A DNA stretch of 64,000 bases from a bacterium (GTDB lineage Bacteria; SM23-31), in contig OZ252239.1 in assembly GCA_965249485.1 (NCBI GenBank), positions 640,001-704,000 on the forward strand, given 5' to 3'. The translations under genes were made by a program, and so were the position numbers. Each line of letters begins with the position of its first letter. The stretch's first letter is position 1. Positions 1-10,954 of the stretch are shown here, piece by piece. Below the pieces are notes generated by a model. It saw only the letters and a program-made list of their open reading frames with translations, had not been told where the DNA came from and made no database searches.

Positions 1-174
1 CTCAACAGATGGTCATCGGGATTTATACTCTATTTTATCATTTTCATGCTGCTTTCGATTTTGCAGCGATACGTTGTCAAAGATAAAGAGGCTCCTGCGG
101 GGAAGCAAGCAGTACCTGTTCCTGTAGAAAAAGTCCAAGCTAAAATACCCCGTAAAAAGGGAAAGAAGAAATAA
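1..174 (+). CDS. yidC: 3' end of membrane protein insertase YidC (partial)
   Basis: Frame 1 reads LNRWSSGFILYFIIFMLLSILQRYVV...KKGKKK*, resembling the last YidC TM helix (SGLxLYW...Q) plus a basic tail; sits directly before mnmE as in the usual gene order. Confidence 0.75.
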   Translation, partial: LNRWSSGFILYFIIFMLLSILQRYVVKDKEAPAGKQAVPVPVEKVQAKIPRKKGKKK

Positions 175-235
175 TAAATGTTTTTCATATTTAATTAGGG
201 AAATCGAGAAGTATAACGGTTTCCTTTTTTTCATT

Positions 236-1642
236 ATGTCATTGCCTGTAGACGACACCATTGCAGCCATATCAACACCGCTCTTTCCCTCGGGAATCGG
301 TGTTATACGAATTAGTGGTCCCGATGCTTATAAGATAGCTGACATGTTATTTGAGGGCATGGGAATACCCTCTTCCCACGACTCGTACAGTGCGCTTCAT
401 GGTTATGTTCAAGATCCCCAAACAGGAGTGCAAATCGATGAAGTTGTGTGTCTTGTTATGAAGGGGCCGAATACCTATACGGGGGAAGATGTAGTGGAGT
501 TTTCTGCCCATGGAAACCCTTTTTTGTTGCAGGAGATTATCAAAGTAATAATTGCGAATGGTGCACGGCAGGCCGAACCCGGGGAGTTTACCTATAGAGC
601 ATTTATCAACGGCAAAATGAGCCTAACGCAAGCCGAAGCAGTCCACCAGCTTATTCATGCCCGAAGCGAGACCGGACTCAGAAATGCATTTCTGCAGCTT
701 CAGGGGTCGTTACAGAAGCGAATACAAAGGCTTCGCAATTCCGCCGTTGAGCTCCTATCGGATTTTGAAGCGGAAATTGAGTTTCCCGAAGAAGGTTTAA
801 ACTTTATCTCAAAAAAAGATGCAATTTCAAAGCTTAAACTGCTTATAAAATCGTGTTCAGAGTTAGCAAGTTCCTATACGATCGGCAAAAAAATTGAAGA
901 GGGTGTAACAATTACACTTTGCGGTCCACCCAACTCGGGGAAATCAACCCTATTAAACAGACTTTTAAACGAAGACCGCGCCATAGTTCACTATGAACCT
1001 GGCACGACCCGTGATGTTATTGAAGGGACAGTTGTCATTAATGGAGCAACGCTTCGGCTTGTCGATACAGCTGGAATCAGGGACACAGAGGAATCGGTCG
1101 AAGAGCATGGCATCAAAAAAACCTACTCTGTTCTCAAAAAATCTGATCTCGTTATATGGATCGATTCAGTCTCCGAAAGGGATATGACAAACGACATCCT
1201 TTTTCAAAAAGTGCATTCATATATTCATGACCATTCGAAACACATTCAGGTTCTTAGACTGCTCAATAAAAGCGACCTTCTCAATAGTGACCAGAGAAAA
1301 CAGCTTACCGATGAGTGTTCAAACGGAACACAGCGTTTGGTTTCGGCCAAGCGCGGGTGGGGCATTTCTCAGTTACGCAATACAATATCGGATTGCATAG
1401 GACAGCTTCATGTCCCAATTTACGAGGGAACAATTATTACAAGTATGCGACAGCGGCAACTCCTTGATGCAGTCAAAGGCGCATTGAAGCGAGTGCTCAA
1501 CGGACTACAGAAAAATATTTCGTTAGAGTACCTGTGTATGGACCTACAGGAAGGGATAGAAGAATTGAACCAATTCATTGGGAAGAATCCCCCGCAGGAT
1601 GTATACAAGCTTATTTTTAGTAATTATTGCGTCGGAAAATAA
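236..1642 (+). CDS. mnmE: tRNA modification GTPase MnmE
   Basis: DTIAAIST, SYTGED-like TYTGEDVVEF, GPPNSGKS, GTTRD, DTAG, NKSD, terminal CVGK. Confidence 0.98.
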   Translation: MSLPVDDTIAAISTPLFPSGIGVIRISGPDAYKIADMLFEGMGIPSSHDSYSALHGYVQDPQTGVQIDEVVCLVMKGPNTYTGEDVVEFSAHGNPFLLQEIIKVIIANGARQAEPGEFTYRAFINGKMSLTQAEAVHQLIHARSETGLRNAFLQLQGSLQKRIQRLRNSAVELLSDFEAEIEFPEEGLNFISKKDAISKLKLLIKSCSELASSYTIGKKIEEGVTITLCGPPNSGKSTLLNRLLNEDRAIVHYEPGTTRDVIEGTVVINGATLRLVDTAGIRDTEESVEEHGIKKTYSVLKKSDLVIWIDSVSERDMTNDILFQKVHSYIHDHSKHIQVLRLLNKSDLLNSDQRKQLTDECSNGTQRLVSAKRGWGISQLRNTISDCIGQLHVPIYEGTIITSMRQRQLLDAVKGALKRVLNGLQKNISLEYLCMDLQEGIEELNQFIGKNPPQDVYKLIFSNYCVGK

Positions 1643-1659
1643 CACACACTACATAATAG

Positions 1660-1675
1660 TGTTTCACGTGAAACA
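1660..1675. other. parS centromere site
   Basis: Perfect palindrome TGTTTCACGTGAAACA matching the parS consensus; its last A is the A of the mnmG ATG. Confidence 0.92.
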
Positions 1676-3576
1676 TGACGTTTTCCAATAAATATGACAT
1701 AGTAATCGTGGGTGCCGGACATGCCGGCTGTGAGGCAGCCCTTGCTGCTTCCCGCTGCGGCCTTAAGGTTCTGGTGCTTTCAATGGACACATCGGCAACA
1801 GCGAGGATGTCGTGCAATCCTGCAATCGGTGGAATTGCCAAAGGACACCTTGTACGAGAGATCGATGCACTCGGCGGCGAGATGGGAAAAGCGATTGATG
1901 CCTCCGGCATTCAATTCCGAATGCTCAACCGCTCAAAGGGACCCGCTGTATGGTCTCCAAGAGCACAGGCTGATAAAAAACATTACTCCGATTACATGAC
2001 ACATGTCCTGCAGCAACAGCCCGGACTTGAATACGTAGCAGGAGAAGTAATTGATATCTCTATCAAAGAAAACAGTGCCACAGGTGTGGTACTCAAATCA
2101 GGAGAACATGTTGAGTGCAGGGCTGTCATTGTCACGAGCGGAACATTTCTCGGCGGAATAGGATTCAGGGGAGCAGATTCATTTGAAGGTGGGAGAGTTG
2201 GAGAAAAACCTGCTATAGGCCTGACAAAGAGTTTGCAGAAGAACGGTATTCGGTACGGAAGATTCAAAACCGGAACACCTCCCCGTTTAGACGGCAGGAC
2301 AATCGATTGGACACAATTCGAGCAGCAAGATGGAGATGAATTCCCTCAACCATTTTCATTTAGCACCGATTTGATAACCATGCCCCAAATATCGTGTTAT
2401 CTCGGATGGACGAATGAAGTGACTCACGAAATACTTCGTGAGGGATTTGAAGAATCACCGCTTTTTTCAGGAAAGATACAAGGTACCGGGCCGCGATACT
2501 GCTCTTCGATTGAAGACAAAATAAATCGTTTTGCCGACAAGAAGCGACATCAAATCTTTCTTGAACCTGAGGGGCTTGATACAAACTGGATATACATCAA
2601 CGGTTATTCGACCAGCCTTCCGACTGAGGTGCAATTGCGCGGACTCAAATCTATTCCCGGCCTTGATCATGTAGAGGTCTTGCAATATGGCTATGCTGTC
2701 GAATACGACTACTTTCCTCCCGATCAATTACATCCATGGATGGAGACAAAAGCTGTTCGCAATCTTTATCTCGCTGGCCAGATTAATGGAACGTCAGGGT
2801 ATGAAGAGGCTGCAACCCAGGGATTAATCGCCGGTATAAACGCTGCCAATATCCTACTTGATAAAGAACCTCTGGTCCTGAAGCGATCGGAGGCATACAT
2901 CGGTGTCCTTATTGACGACCTTATCAACAAACCTATTGAAGAACCATATAGACTTTTTACGTCTCGGGCCGAATACCGCCTCCTTCTCAGGCAGGACAAT
3001 GCCGATGAACGGCTCATGGAATATGGAAAAATACAAGGTTTGATTAATGACACGACCTACTCCAAGATGGTCAATAAACGGGAGTCACGAAACATGGTGA
3101 TTTCTTACCTCAAAAGCAACAGAGTCAGGCCGGAGAATGCTAATCCCGTATTGAAAAACGCTGAAAGCTCACCGATTAAAGAATCGGAAAGTTTATACCA
3201 ACTCCTTAAACGTCCGGAGTTGTCATTCTCACACATTACCAATATTGAGCCAGGTATCATGTCATCAACCGATTTTTCAAACAGATTCAACCTTCCGGAA
3301 CAAGTTGAAATGGAAGTGAAATACGAGGGGTATATAAACCGATTGAACAAACAAGCCGATAGCGTTAAGAGGATGGAAAATTCACTGCTCTCCGATAATA
3401 TCAATTATAAAAATTTATCTTTTTTATCAATGGAGGCACGGGAGAAACTCGATACATTACGACCGCATACTCTTGGACAGGCTTCACGAATAGCAGGAAT
3501 ATCAACTGTCGATATAGCAAATTTGATGATTTATCTTAAGAAAAATAAAATTGAATCCGAACAATGTTCCACGTGA
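1675..3576 (+). CDS. mnmG: tRNA uridine 5-carboxymethylaminomethyl modification enzyme MnmG (GidA)
   Basis: GAGHAGCEAA, MSCNPAIGGIAKG, KTGTPPR, AGQINGTSGYEEAA, TSRAEYRL. Confidence 0.99.
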   Translation: MTFSNKYDIVIVGAGHAGCEAALAASRCGLKVLVLSMDTSATARMSCNPAIGGIAKGHLVREIDALGGEMGKAIDASGIQFRMLNRSKGPAVWSPRAQADKKHYSDYMTHVLQQQPGLEYVAGEVIDISIKENSATGVVLKSGEHVECRAVIVTSGTFLGGIGFRGADSFEGGRVGEKPAIGLTKSLQKNGIRYGRFKTGTPPRLDGRTIDWTQFEQQDGDEFPQPFSFSTDLITMPQISCYLGWTNEVTHEILREGFEESPLFSGKIQGTGPRYCSSIEDKINRFADKKRHQIFLEPEGLDTNWIYINGYSTSLPTEVQLRGLKSIPGLDHVEVLQYGYAVEYDYFPPDQLHPWMETKAVRNLYLAGQINGTSGYEEAATQGLIAGINAANILLDKEPLVLKRSEAYIGVLIDDLINKPIEEPYRLFTSRAEYRLLLRQDNADERLMEYGKIQGLINDTTYSKMVNKRESRNMVISYLKSNRVRPENANPVLKNAESSPIKESESLYQLLKRPELSFSHITNIEPGIMSSTDFSNRFNLPEQVEMEVKYEGYINRLNKQADSVKRMENSLLSDNINYKNLSFLSMEAREKLDTLRPHTLGQASRIAGISTVDIANLMIYLKKNKIESEQCST

Positions 3577-3580
3577 AACA
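3565..3580. other. parS centromere site
   Basis: TGTTCCACGTGAAACA, one mismatch from the perfect palindrome; contains the mnmG TGA stop. Confidence 0.88.
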
Positions 3581-3592
3581 TAACAAATTACT

Positions 3593-4309
3593 ATGATAGC
3601 AGAACCACACAGCACTTTGGATAAAGAGCTTGATTCAGTTAGCATTCAACTGCAGTATTTACAAGACGTCACGGAACGATTTGGACTGCCTTTATCGCTC
3701 GACAAAATCCGTTTGTTTGAAATTTATATACGTCAGATAATTATCTGGAACCAGAAAACAAATCTGATTGCCAAAAATGATATTCCTCGGATCGCACAGC
3801 GTCACATCTTTGAATCGTTACTCTTAACGAAGGCGGCTGATTTCCAAAGAAAGATAAAAGTCCTTGATGTTGGGACTGGGGCAGGATTCCCGGGTATACC
3901 TCTCTATATCTGGAATCCTGATATCGAATTGATGCTTATCGAATCGAATAGGAAAAAAATTATATTTCTCGAACTGATGAAAGATATGCTTAATCTTTCC
4001 AGGGTCAACGTCTATTGCGGTCGGGCAGAAGACGCAGCACAGAGTGTGAATCTTGCTAAATCATTCGATATTGTTGTGGCACGGGCAGTTGCCCCTTTGG
4101 AAAAACTCCTGAAGTGGTCAAAGCCCTTTCTCAAGAAGGGTCCGGATAGCAAGAGCATGTGTCTGTTTCCAAAGGGTAGCAATGTTTCCGATGAGCTTAA
4201 AAAAATAGATAATGATAAATGGTCTGTTTCGACAACCGACCTAACAAAATACACAGAACATAAAGACAAGCAATTAATTACCATAACTGAATTATTATCA
4301 ACATCTTAG
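3593..4309 (+). CDS. rsmG: 16S rRNA m7G527 methyltransferase RsmG (GidB)
   Basis: WNxxTNL, DVGTGAGFPGIPL, RAE, ARAVA; follows mnmG. Confidence 0.97.
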   Translation: MIAEPHSTLDKELDSVSIQLQYLQDVTERFGLPLSLDKIRLFEIYIRQIIIWNQKTNLIAKNDIPRIAQRHIFESLLLTKAADFQRKIKVLDVGTGAGFPGIPLYIWNPDIELMLIESNRKKIIFLELMKDMLNLSRVNVYCGRAEDAAQSVNLAKSFDIVVARAVAPLEKLLKWSKPFLKKGPDSKSMCLFPKGSNVSDELKKIDNDKWSVSTTDLTKYTEHKDKQLITITELLSTS

Positions 4310-4319
4310 AATTGTTCTG

Positions 4320-5258
4320 ATGCCACATACAAGTAAAGATAAAGCAGTTTTTGATGAGATTAAGAATCTCATAACCGAGCAGAGCAATCTAAAAACAGAG
4401 TCGATTGATACTGTATCTGTTTTGGAGATTCTCCGTTTAATCAATCAGGAGGATGCTCTTGTCCATGCTGCTGTTGCTAAAGAGCTTGATGCTATTGGAC
4501 AAGCAGTGGAGTTTATTGTCGCCACTTTTAAGAAAGGCGGGCGGTTGTTTTATGCAGGTGCCGGGACCAGCGGGAGGCTCGGTGTCCTTGATGCCTCTGA
4601 ATGTCCACCAACATTCGGTTCCGATGCTGAAATGGTACAGGGAATTATTGCCGGGGGATATGACTCGTTAATTCGATCACAAGAAGGTGTGGAGGATAAC
4701 GAGGAAGCGAGCATCCAAGACCTAAAAGACAGAAAATTTAATTCTGATGACATATTGTGCGGTTTGACTGCTTGTAAACGAACACCTTACGTTGTTAGTG
4801 CGTTACGATACGCACATAGTCTTGGCGCAAAAACTATCTATGTAACCTGCACACCTCATGCAGAATTGACTGTTGATTCTGATGTTGCCATTTGCCCTGT
4901 TGTCGGACCTGAAGCTATCATGGGATCAACACGCATGAAAGCAGGTACCGCAGAAAAAATGGTGCTTAATATGCTGACAACTGCTTCGTTTATTCAGATG
5001 GGCAAGGTATACAAAAATATGATGGTTGACCTACAAATGACAAGCAGGAAGTTACAGGAGCGTTCAAAGAGAGTTGTCATGATGGCAACAGGTGTCGATT
5101 ACCTCGGAGCAGATACTGCTCTTGATGAGGCAGGAGGACACGTGAAGACAGCTTTAGTTATGATTTTAGGCAATGTCTCAAGAAAAAAAGCGGAGCAGGT
5201 GCTGATTCAATCAAGCGGGTTTGTCCGAAAAGCTCTGGAAATCACTCAGGCGAAATAA
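4320..5258 (+). CDS. murQ: N-acetylmuramic acid 6-phosphate etherase
   Basis: GAGTSGRLGVLDASECPPTF, GPEAIMGSTRMKAGTAEK. Confidence 0.97.
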   Translation: MPHTSKDKAVFDEIKNLITEQSNLKTESIDTVSVLEILRLINQEDALVHAAVAKELDAIGQAVEFIVATFKKGGRLFYAGAGTSGRLGVLDASECPPTFGSDAEMVQGIIAGGYDSLIRSQEGVEDNEEASIQDLKDRKFNSDDILCGLTACKRTPYVVSALRYAHSLGAKTIYVTCTPHAELTVDSDVAICPVVGPEAIMGSTRMKAGTAEKMVLNMLTTASFIQMGKVYKNMMVDLQMTSRKLQERSKRVVMMATGVDYLGADTALDEAGGHVKTALVMILGNVSRKKAEQVLIQSSGFVRKALEITQAK

Positions 5259-5313
5259 ACGCGATGGCACATAGCAATAGTTTAATCTTTGATCATTACC
5301 TTCATTCTTATTA

Positions 5314-8300
5314 ATGAAATCATTTGATTTTCATAACCACCTTTTCGCCGCTCAGCCGTTCGAGAATTGTATTGAACGTTGTACTGCCGGTGAACACTTT
5401 TCCGTATCGGGATTATCCGGTTCTGCGGTATCCATTCTGACATCAAGATTGGCTGAGCAACATGACGGTCAATTTATTGTAGTTGCTCCTGATTTTCAGG
5501 CTGCTGAGATTATACAATACGATTTAGAGGCTATTGGAGATAAACAGGTAAATTATTTTCCCGCTTACCGCGGAATTCATCTCGAAGAGAAACAAATTAA
5601 CACCGATGTACGCCTTGCCCGTATACAGTGTCTGCAAAGCCTGCTTTCGGGTAAAAAAGGTGTGTATGTTCTCGAATGCCGTGCCCTACTCCAGGAAGTC
5701 GTACCTCCCGAACAACTTACCAACAGGATACTTACAGTTAAAAAGGGGGAAGAAACCGACTTTGGTTTCTTTGCCGAATATCTCGTTGAAGAAGGATTCA
5801 AGAGAGAGGTTATGGTAGAGGATTTTGGAGATATTTCGATCCGTGGCGGGATTATCGACATATTTTCATTAAGTGGACTTGAACCTGTCAGAATAGAATT
5901 TGACGGAAACACGATTGAATCTATCCGTGTGTTCGATATTAACACACAACGCTCTCTAAAAGAAATAGAGCATGTCTCCATTGTGTCTCCGGTGCTCGAT
6001 ACGACAGGAATTTTTATCCCCGATATTTCTGGCGGCACAGCATCGGTATTAGATTATTTTCCTGACGATGCGCCGCTTTTCTTTCATCAGCCAATATTTG
6101 CTCGGAAAACAATTCATGAGTTTATAGAGAGAGTAAACAAAGCCAGTGACGAAGAGTCAGACAGGCTAAAAATTGATTCGTCTGAAATATTTCAACATAT
6201 TGAGGAGCGACTTTCTGCACGATTTTCAGCATACATTCAAAATACACTTCATTCGACTCACCATGACAGCACAATACATTTTCAGATGAAAACTCTGCCG
6301 AAATTCAGAAGAAATTTGAATTTCTTTTCACAGTTCTTTGCGGAACTTCAAGTCGAGTATCCCGAAATTACTCTTACTATTCTTTGTGACGGTGACAGTC
6401 AAACTGATAGGCTGCGGAATTTGATTCTCGATGAAGACCTCCTGGCTATTCCGTATTTCATTCATTCAGGAATCTTGACCGAAGGATTTTTAAGTCCCCT
6501 TGGACAAATTGCTGTTCTTAACGATCATGAGATCTTCGACAGGAAACACTTCAGAAAGCCAAAGCGAATTTACAAAGCCCGAAAAGTGCTCCTGGATGAT
6601 CTATCACTACAGATAGGGGATTTTGTTGTTCATGAAGACTACGGAATTGGTCAATATCGGGGACTTGATAAGATTTCTATCGGCAAGAGTGAGCAGGAGG
6701 CTCTCAAAATAGCTTACCGTGAAGGTGATTCGCTCTATCTCAATATAGAAAAACTTCCGAATCTTGAAAAATACACAGGACAAGAGGGGTATAAACCCGA
6801 GCTCAGCAAGTTGGGTGGAGCCGATTGGGACCGTGTAAAAAAGAAGACAAAAAAATCTGTAGAAAATATTGCAAAAGAACTTGTTGGTCTCTATGCAAAG
6901 CGGTCCTCGAAGCAGGGCATCACTTTTTCTGCCGACACACAGTGGCAGCAAGAGCTGGAAGCATCTTTTGAATACGAAGAGACTCCTGACCAGCTTAAAG
7001 CTTGCTGGGATATTAAAAAGGATATGGAATCGAGCAATTCGATGGATCGGTTAGTGTGCGGTGATGTTGGATTCGGAAAAACCGAGGTTGCCCTTCGAGC
7101 AGCATTTAAGGCGGTCAACGATAGTAAACAAGTCGCGGTGCTTGTACCAACTACATTATTAGCCCAACAACATTATGACACATTCTGCAAACGGATGAAA
7201 CAATATCCTGTTACTATCGAAATGCTCTCACGATTCCGCACACCAAAACAGCAGAAAGTTATTTTAGCCGGTTTAATGGACGGTTCTGTCGATATAGTCA
7301 TCGGAACACACCGCCTTTTGTCAAAAGACATTGCATTTAGTAACCTCGGATTAATTATAATTGATGAAGAGCAAAGATTTGGTGTTACGCACAAAGAGAA
7401 ACTGAAACATCTCCGTTCGGAAGTAGATGTTTTAACCTTAACCGCCACGCCGATTCCGAGGACGATGCATATGTCACTTCTTGGAGTACGGGACTTGTCG
7501 GTGATTAACACGCCGCCAAAAAATAGAATGTCGATTATTACCGAGATAGCGGAATTTGATGACGATCTGGTACGGGCTGCAATTATCAAAGAACTAGACA
7601 GGGGTGGGCAGATTTATTTTGTACATAACAAAGTCAGGACAATTTACAAACTTCATGATACACTCCAAAAACTAGTCCCTGAAGCATCCTTTGGTGTTGC
7701 ACACGGACAAATGAAAGAGCGTGATCTTGAAGAGGTTATGCATGCGTTTCTGCGAGAGGAGTTTTCCTGTCTTATTTCGACTATGATAATTGAATCGGGT
7801 CTTGACATTCCGTCGGTAAATACTATAATTGTAAATCAAGCAGAAAATTTCGGTCTGGCTCAGCTCTATCAGCTAAGAGGGAGAGTCGGAAGATCTGATA
7901 TTCAGGCATTTGCGTATTTATTGACCCCGCGCTTTGAAAAAATGAGTGAAGACTCGTTAAAACGGCTCCAGACCTTAACGGAACATACTGAACTGGGTTC
8001 CGGTCTGAATATTGCGCTTAAAGACCTTGAAATCAGAGGAGCAGGAAATCTTCTGGGATCGGAGCAAAGCGGTCAAATTAATGCTGTCGGATACGACATG
8101 TTTACAAGGCTTGTCAAAGAATCGGTCTCAGAACATATGAACGAGATGCTGCCGGAAGATGAGGCACAAAAGACCGGAGTACAGGAAGCCTATGCCGTTA
8201 AAATCGATACTGACATTTCTGCTTATTTCCCAGATTCTTATATTCCTGATCCGTTTCAGCGTGTTTCTTTATACAGAAAAATCTCTCTCATTGATTCGGT

Positions 8301-8658
8301 AACTGATCTCAATGATATAAAAGAAGATCTATCTGACAGATTCGGAACTCCTCCGGATCAGGCAGAAAACCTGCTTCATTTGATTGAATTGAAACTTCAG
8401 GCATCACAGCTCTCGATGAAGCGTATCAGTATTATGAGACATAAATTCACGGGGACATTTTCTGTTGGTGCAGAAGCATCTGTAGTGGAAAAGGAACAAT
8501 TAGCTCAATTGGTTAGTTCTTTTGTTGAAGATGCAACATATCCTTTTCAGCTAAAGCAGGAAAGTAACTTGAAACTTGAGCTGCCGGTTCCAAGCAATTC
8601 AGACCGGGAAAGTCTTTTGTATATCAGTAATTTTCTAAAATATTTAAAATCAGCGTAA
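5314..8658 (+). CDS. mfd: Transcription-repair coupling factor
   Basis: CarD-like VVHxDYGIG, GDVGFGKTEVA, DEEQRFGV, TATPIPRT, QLRGRVGRS, C-terminal TRCF domain. Confidence 0.98.
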   Translation: MKSFDFHNHLFAAQPFENCIERCTAGEHFSVSGLSGSAVSILTSRLAEQHDGQFIVVAPDFQAAEIIQYDLEAIGDKQVNYFPAYRGIHLEEKQINTDVRLARIQCLQSLLSGKKGVYVLECRALLQEVVPPEQLTNRILTVKKGEETDFGFFAEYLVEEGFKREVMVEDFGDISIRGGIIDIFSLSGLEPVRIEFDGNTIESIRVFDINTQRSLKEIEHVSIVSPVLDTTGIFIPDISGGTASVLDYFPDDAPLFFHQPIFARKTIHEFIERVNKASDEESDRLKIDSSEIFQHIEERLSARFSAYIQNTLHSTHHDSTIHFQMKTLPKFRRNLNFFSQFFAELQVEYPEITLTILCDGDSQTDRLRNLILDEDLLAIPYFIHSGILTEGFLSPLGQIAVLNDHEIFDRKHFRKPKRIYKARKVLLDDLSLQIGDFVVHEDYGIGQYRGLDKISIGKSEQEALKIAYREGDSLYLNIEKLPNLEKYTGQEGYKPELSKLGGADWDRVKKKTKKSVENIAKELVGLYAKRSSKQGITFSADTQWQQELEASFEYEETPDQLKACWDIKKDMESSNSMDRLVCGDVGFGKTEVALRAAFKAVNDSKQVAVLVPTTLLAQQHYDTFCKRMKQYPVTIEMLSRFRTPKQQKVILAGLMDGSVDIVIGTHRLLSKDIAFSNLGLIIIDEEQRFGVTHKEKLKHLRSEVDVLTLTATPIPRTMHMSLLGVRDLSVINTPPKNRMSIITEIAEFDDDLVRAAIIKELDRGGQIYFVHNKVRTIYKLHDTLQKLVPEASFGVAHGQMKERDLEEVMHAFLREEFSCLISTMIIESGLDIPSVNTIIVNQAENFGLAQLYQLRGRVGRSDIQAFAYLLTPRFEKMSEDSLKRLQTLTEHTELGSGLNIALKDLEIRGAGNLLGSEQSGQINAVGYDMFTRLVKESVSEHMNEMLPEDEAQKTGVQEAYAVKIDTDISAYFPDSYIPDPFQRVSLYRKISLIDSVTDLNDIKEDLSDRFGTPPDQAENLLHLIELKLQASQLSMKRISIMRHKFTGTFSVGAEASVVEKEQLAQLVSSFVEDATYPFQLKQESNLKLELPVPSNSDRESLLYISNFLKYLKSA

Positions 8659-8675
8659 GTGTTCATGAAACGACT

Positions 8676-9512
8676 ATGAAATCAAAGATCAATTTATTAA
8701 GCCTTTTTGCCTTAAGCTTATGCTTTTCAATTTCTTGCGGACTCTTTAATAAAGAACAGTCTGTTGCAAAAGTTGCAAAAACTGAACTGACACGCACTGA
8801 GCTTGATATGAGAATAGAGCAAATTGGGACAAACAATGATTTTGAAAATGCACAGCGGCGATTTGTAAATGAGTGGGTAGACCGGGAACTGCTCTATCAA
8901 GAAGCACTTCAGAACAAATTTGAAACAACGCAGTTTATGGAAGCAGAGATAGAACGTATTCGAAAAAACATGATTGTTAATCTGTTTCTGAAAAGCCAGA
9001 TTGACTCAATTATTTATACCTCTGATAATGAAATCAAAGACTATTACACCGAACATTCTCATGAATTCACTGCAGAATCCGACTATTTTCAGTTTGTGTC
9101 TCTCAGAGTGCTCGACCAATCATTTGCTCAACAAATCCAGAAAGAATTAAATAATGGCACTGACATTAACATTGTTCATGCAACTTCGCCCGATCTCTGT
9201 GAAATCGTAAGTAGCGGTTCTGATTATTTGCCGGACACAATTCTTGATAATTCATTTGCAGCAGAACTGAAGAAATTAAAAACTGGTAGCGATTATACTC
9301 GTGTTGGCGTCAATAACGAAATATACTACGTAAAATTAATGAATCATATCGAAAAAGGTGAAATCAAATCGTTGGAAATGGTATTTCAACACATACAGCA
9401 AATACTCATGCATAACAAATATCAGGAAAAATATACCGATCTTATTTCACGGCTTCGAAAGAGCTATTCATTTGAAATTAATTTAGGCGTCACTGCTCAA
9501 TCGGTTGAGTAG
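8676..9512 (+). CDS. Lipoprotein, SurA/PpiC-like foldase
   Basis: Lipobox-like SISC, VAKV, ELLYQEAL, 'EIKDYY' motif typical of SurA_N/rotamase proteins; next to surA. Confidence 0.7.
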   Translation: MKSKINLLSLFALSLCFSISCGLFNKEQSVAKVAKTELTRTELDMRIEQIGTNNDFENAQRRFVNEWVDRELLYQEALQNKFETTQFMEAEIERIRKNMIVNLFLKSQIDSIIYTSDNEIKDYYTEHSHEFTAESDYFQFVSLRVLDQSFAQQIQKELNNGTDINIVHATSPDLCEIVSSGSDYLPDTILDNSFAAELKKLKTGSDYTRVGVNNEIYYVKLMNHIEKGEIKSLEMVFQHIQQILMHNKYQEKYTDLISRLRKSYSFEINLGVTAQSVE

Positions 9513-9527
9513 CAATAGGAGGAGTAT

Positions 9528-10871
9528 TTGAACATTTTCAGATTAGGTGGTTTTTTATTAACATTCTTGTGTGGAGTGATATCTGTTTTTGCACAAATGA
9601 AGGTTGACGGCGTAGCGGCTGTTGTCGACAATCAGATTATTCTATATTCTGAAGTTTTCACACTTGCCGAACAAGAAGCAGCGACATTAAAATTAAATCG
9701 GAGTACTGAACCCGACAAGTTTGTCGAGATAATCGAGAAGTGGTTAACCATTCTTATCGATAACAAAATACAGATCGTCGCAGCTGAAAGTGACTCTCTT
9801 GTTGCCGGTTTTGTCTTTGATGAAAATATTCAGGAACAGGTTAATGGCCAAATCCAGAGTGAAATACAACTCCGCGGCTCAGAGAAGGCGGTGGAGAATT
9901 TTTGGGACATCTCTATTCAGGAACTGCGGGATCTCTTAACAAAGCAGACCCGTGAACGGCTTTTAATTGAGGAACTCCAACGCCAGAAAACTGCTGATAT
10001 TTCAATTTCGAGATCAGAAATCGAACAGTTTTATGAAACGTACAAGGACAGTATGCCGTTGTATCCCGCAGCCTTTGATTTAAGTCACATTCTTATAGTG
10101 CCTTCCAATTCAGCGGATGTCATTGAGGCAAAAAAAGTGTTTCTGGATTCTCTCCGACAGCGAATTGTGAACGGTGAAGATTTTGCTGCCATGGCACGCA
10201 ACTTTTCCGAAGATCCTGGCTCAGCAGCAAATGGAGGTGATTTAGGATGGCAAACACCCGGCACCTTTGTGCCCGAGTTCGACAGCACTATTGCAGCACT
10301 TTCTCCAGGCCAAATATCGGGTATTATACATTCGCAATTCGGCTTCCATATTATACAGCTTTTAGAGCAAACCGGAACACGTTTCCACTCCCGACATATT
10401 CTATCACTCCTTGTGGCGACCGAGGATGATGTACGCAGAGTGGTTGATGATCTTAACAGTTATCGCGAGAGTGCTCTTAACGGTGCAAGATTCGATTCTC
10501 TTGCTTCGCTTTACTCAAATGATCCCGAAGTGGAAACCACGAATGGGTATATGGGCGAATGGGAGGTCGAACGGCTTCAAAGTGTCCTTCCGGAATTCAA
10601 TCAGGCAATTGCCAATCTTAATGATGGTGAAATTTCCGAACCATTTAAAACTCAATTCGGTTACCATATAGCCAAATTGAACAAATACTCGACAGAGCGG
10701 CAACGCAATACCGCTGATGATTATGACTACATTTACCAGATAGCACTCCAAAACAAAAAAAACATGTTTTATGTCGAGTGGGTACGAAATACAAAAAAGA
10801 ATGCCTATATCGAGATTAAGATGAATTTCGATGAATTTACATTGCCGGAAAATAGTTCTTCAGACCGGTAG
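9528..10871 (+). CDS. surA: SurA-type periplasmic chaperone with two parvulin domains
   Basis: Signal peptide, VDGVAAVVD..IL.SEV, SHILI, SEDPGSAANGGDLG, FGFHII, FGYHI; TTG start with AGGAGG SD. Confidence 0.88.
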   Translation: MNIFRLGGFLLTFLCGVISVFAQMKVDGVAAVVDNQIILYSEVFTLAEQEAATLKLNRSTEPDKFVEIIEKWLTILIDNKIQIVAAESDSLVAGFVFDENIQEQVNGQIQSEIQLRGSEKAVENFWDISIQELRDLLTKQTRERLLIEELQRQKTADISISRSEIEQFYETYKDSMPLYPAAFDLSHILIVPSNSADVIEAKKVFLDSLRQRIVNGEDFAAMARNFSEDPGSAANGGDLGWQTPGTFVPEFDSTIAALSPGQISGIIHSQFGFHIIQLLEQTGTRFHSRHILSLLVATEDDVRRVVDDLNSYRESALNGARFDSLASLYSNDPEVETTNGYMGEWEVERLQSVLPEFNQAIANLNDGEISEPFKTQFGYHIAKLNKYSTERQRNTADDYDYIYQIALQNKKNMFYVEWVRNTKKNAYIEIKMNFDEFTLPENSSSDR

Positions 10872-10954
10872 TTTTTAATTGACGAATATAATGAATGTAT
10901 TTTTTGTACCCGAATTACTTCTCTTATTTGACCTGTAAATCTTCCAATCAGAGC

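Noticed and set aside
5265..5280. TGGCAC upstream of mfd as a sigma54 promoter
   Set aside because: No GC or GA at the required N10 spacing.
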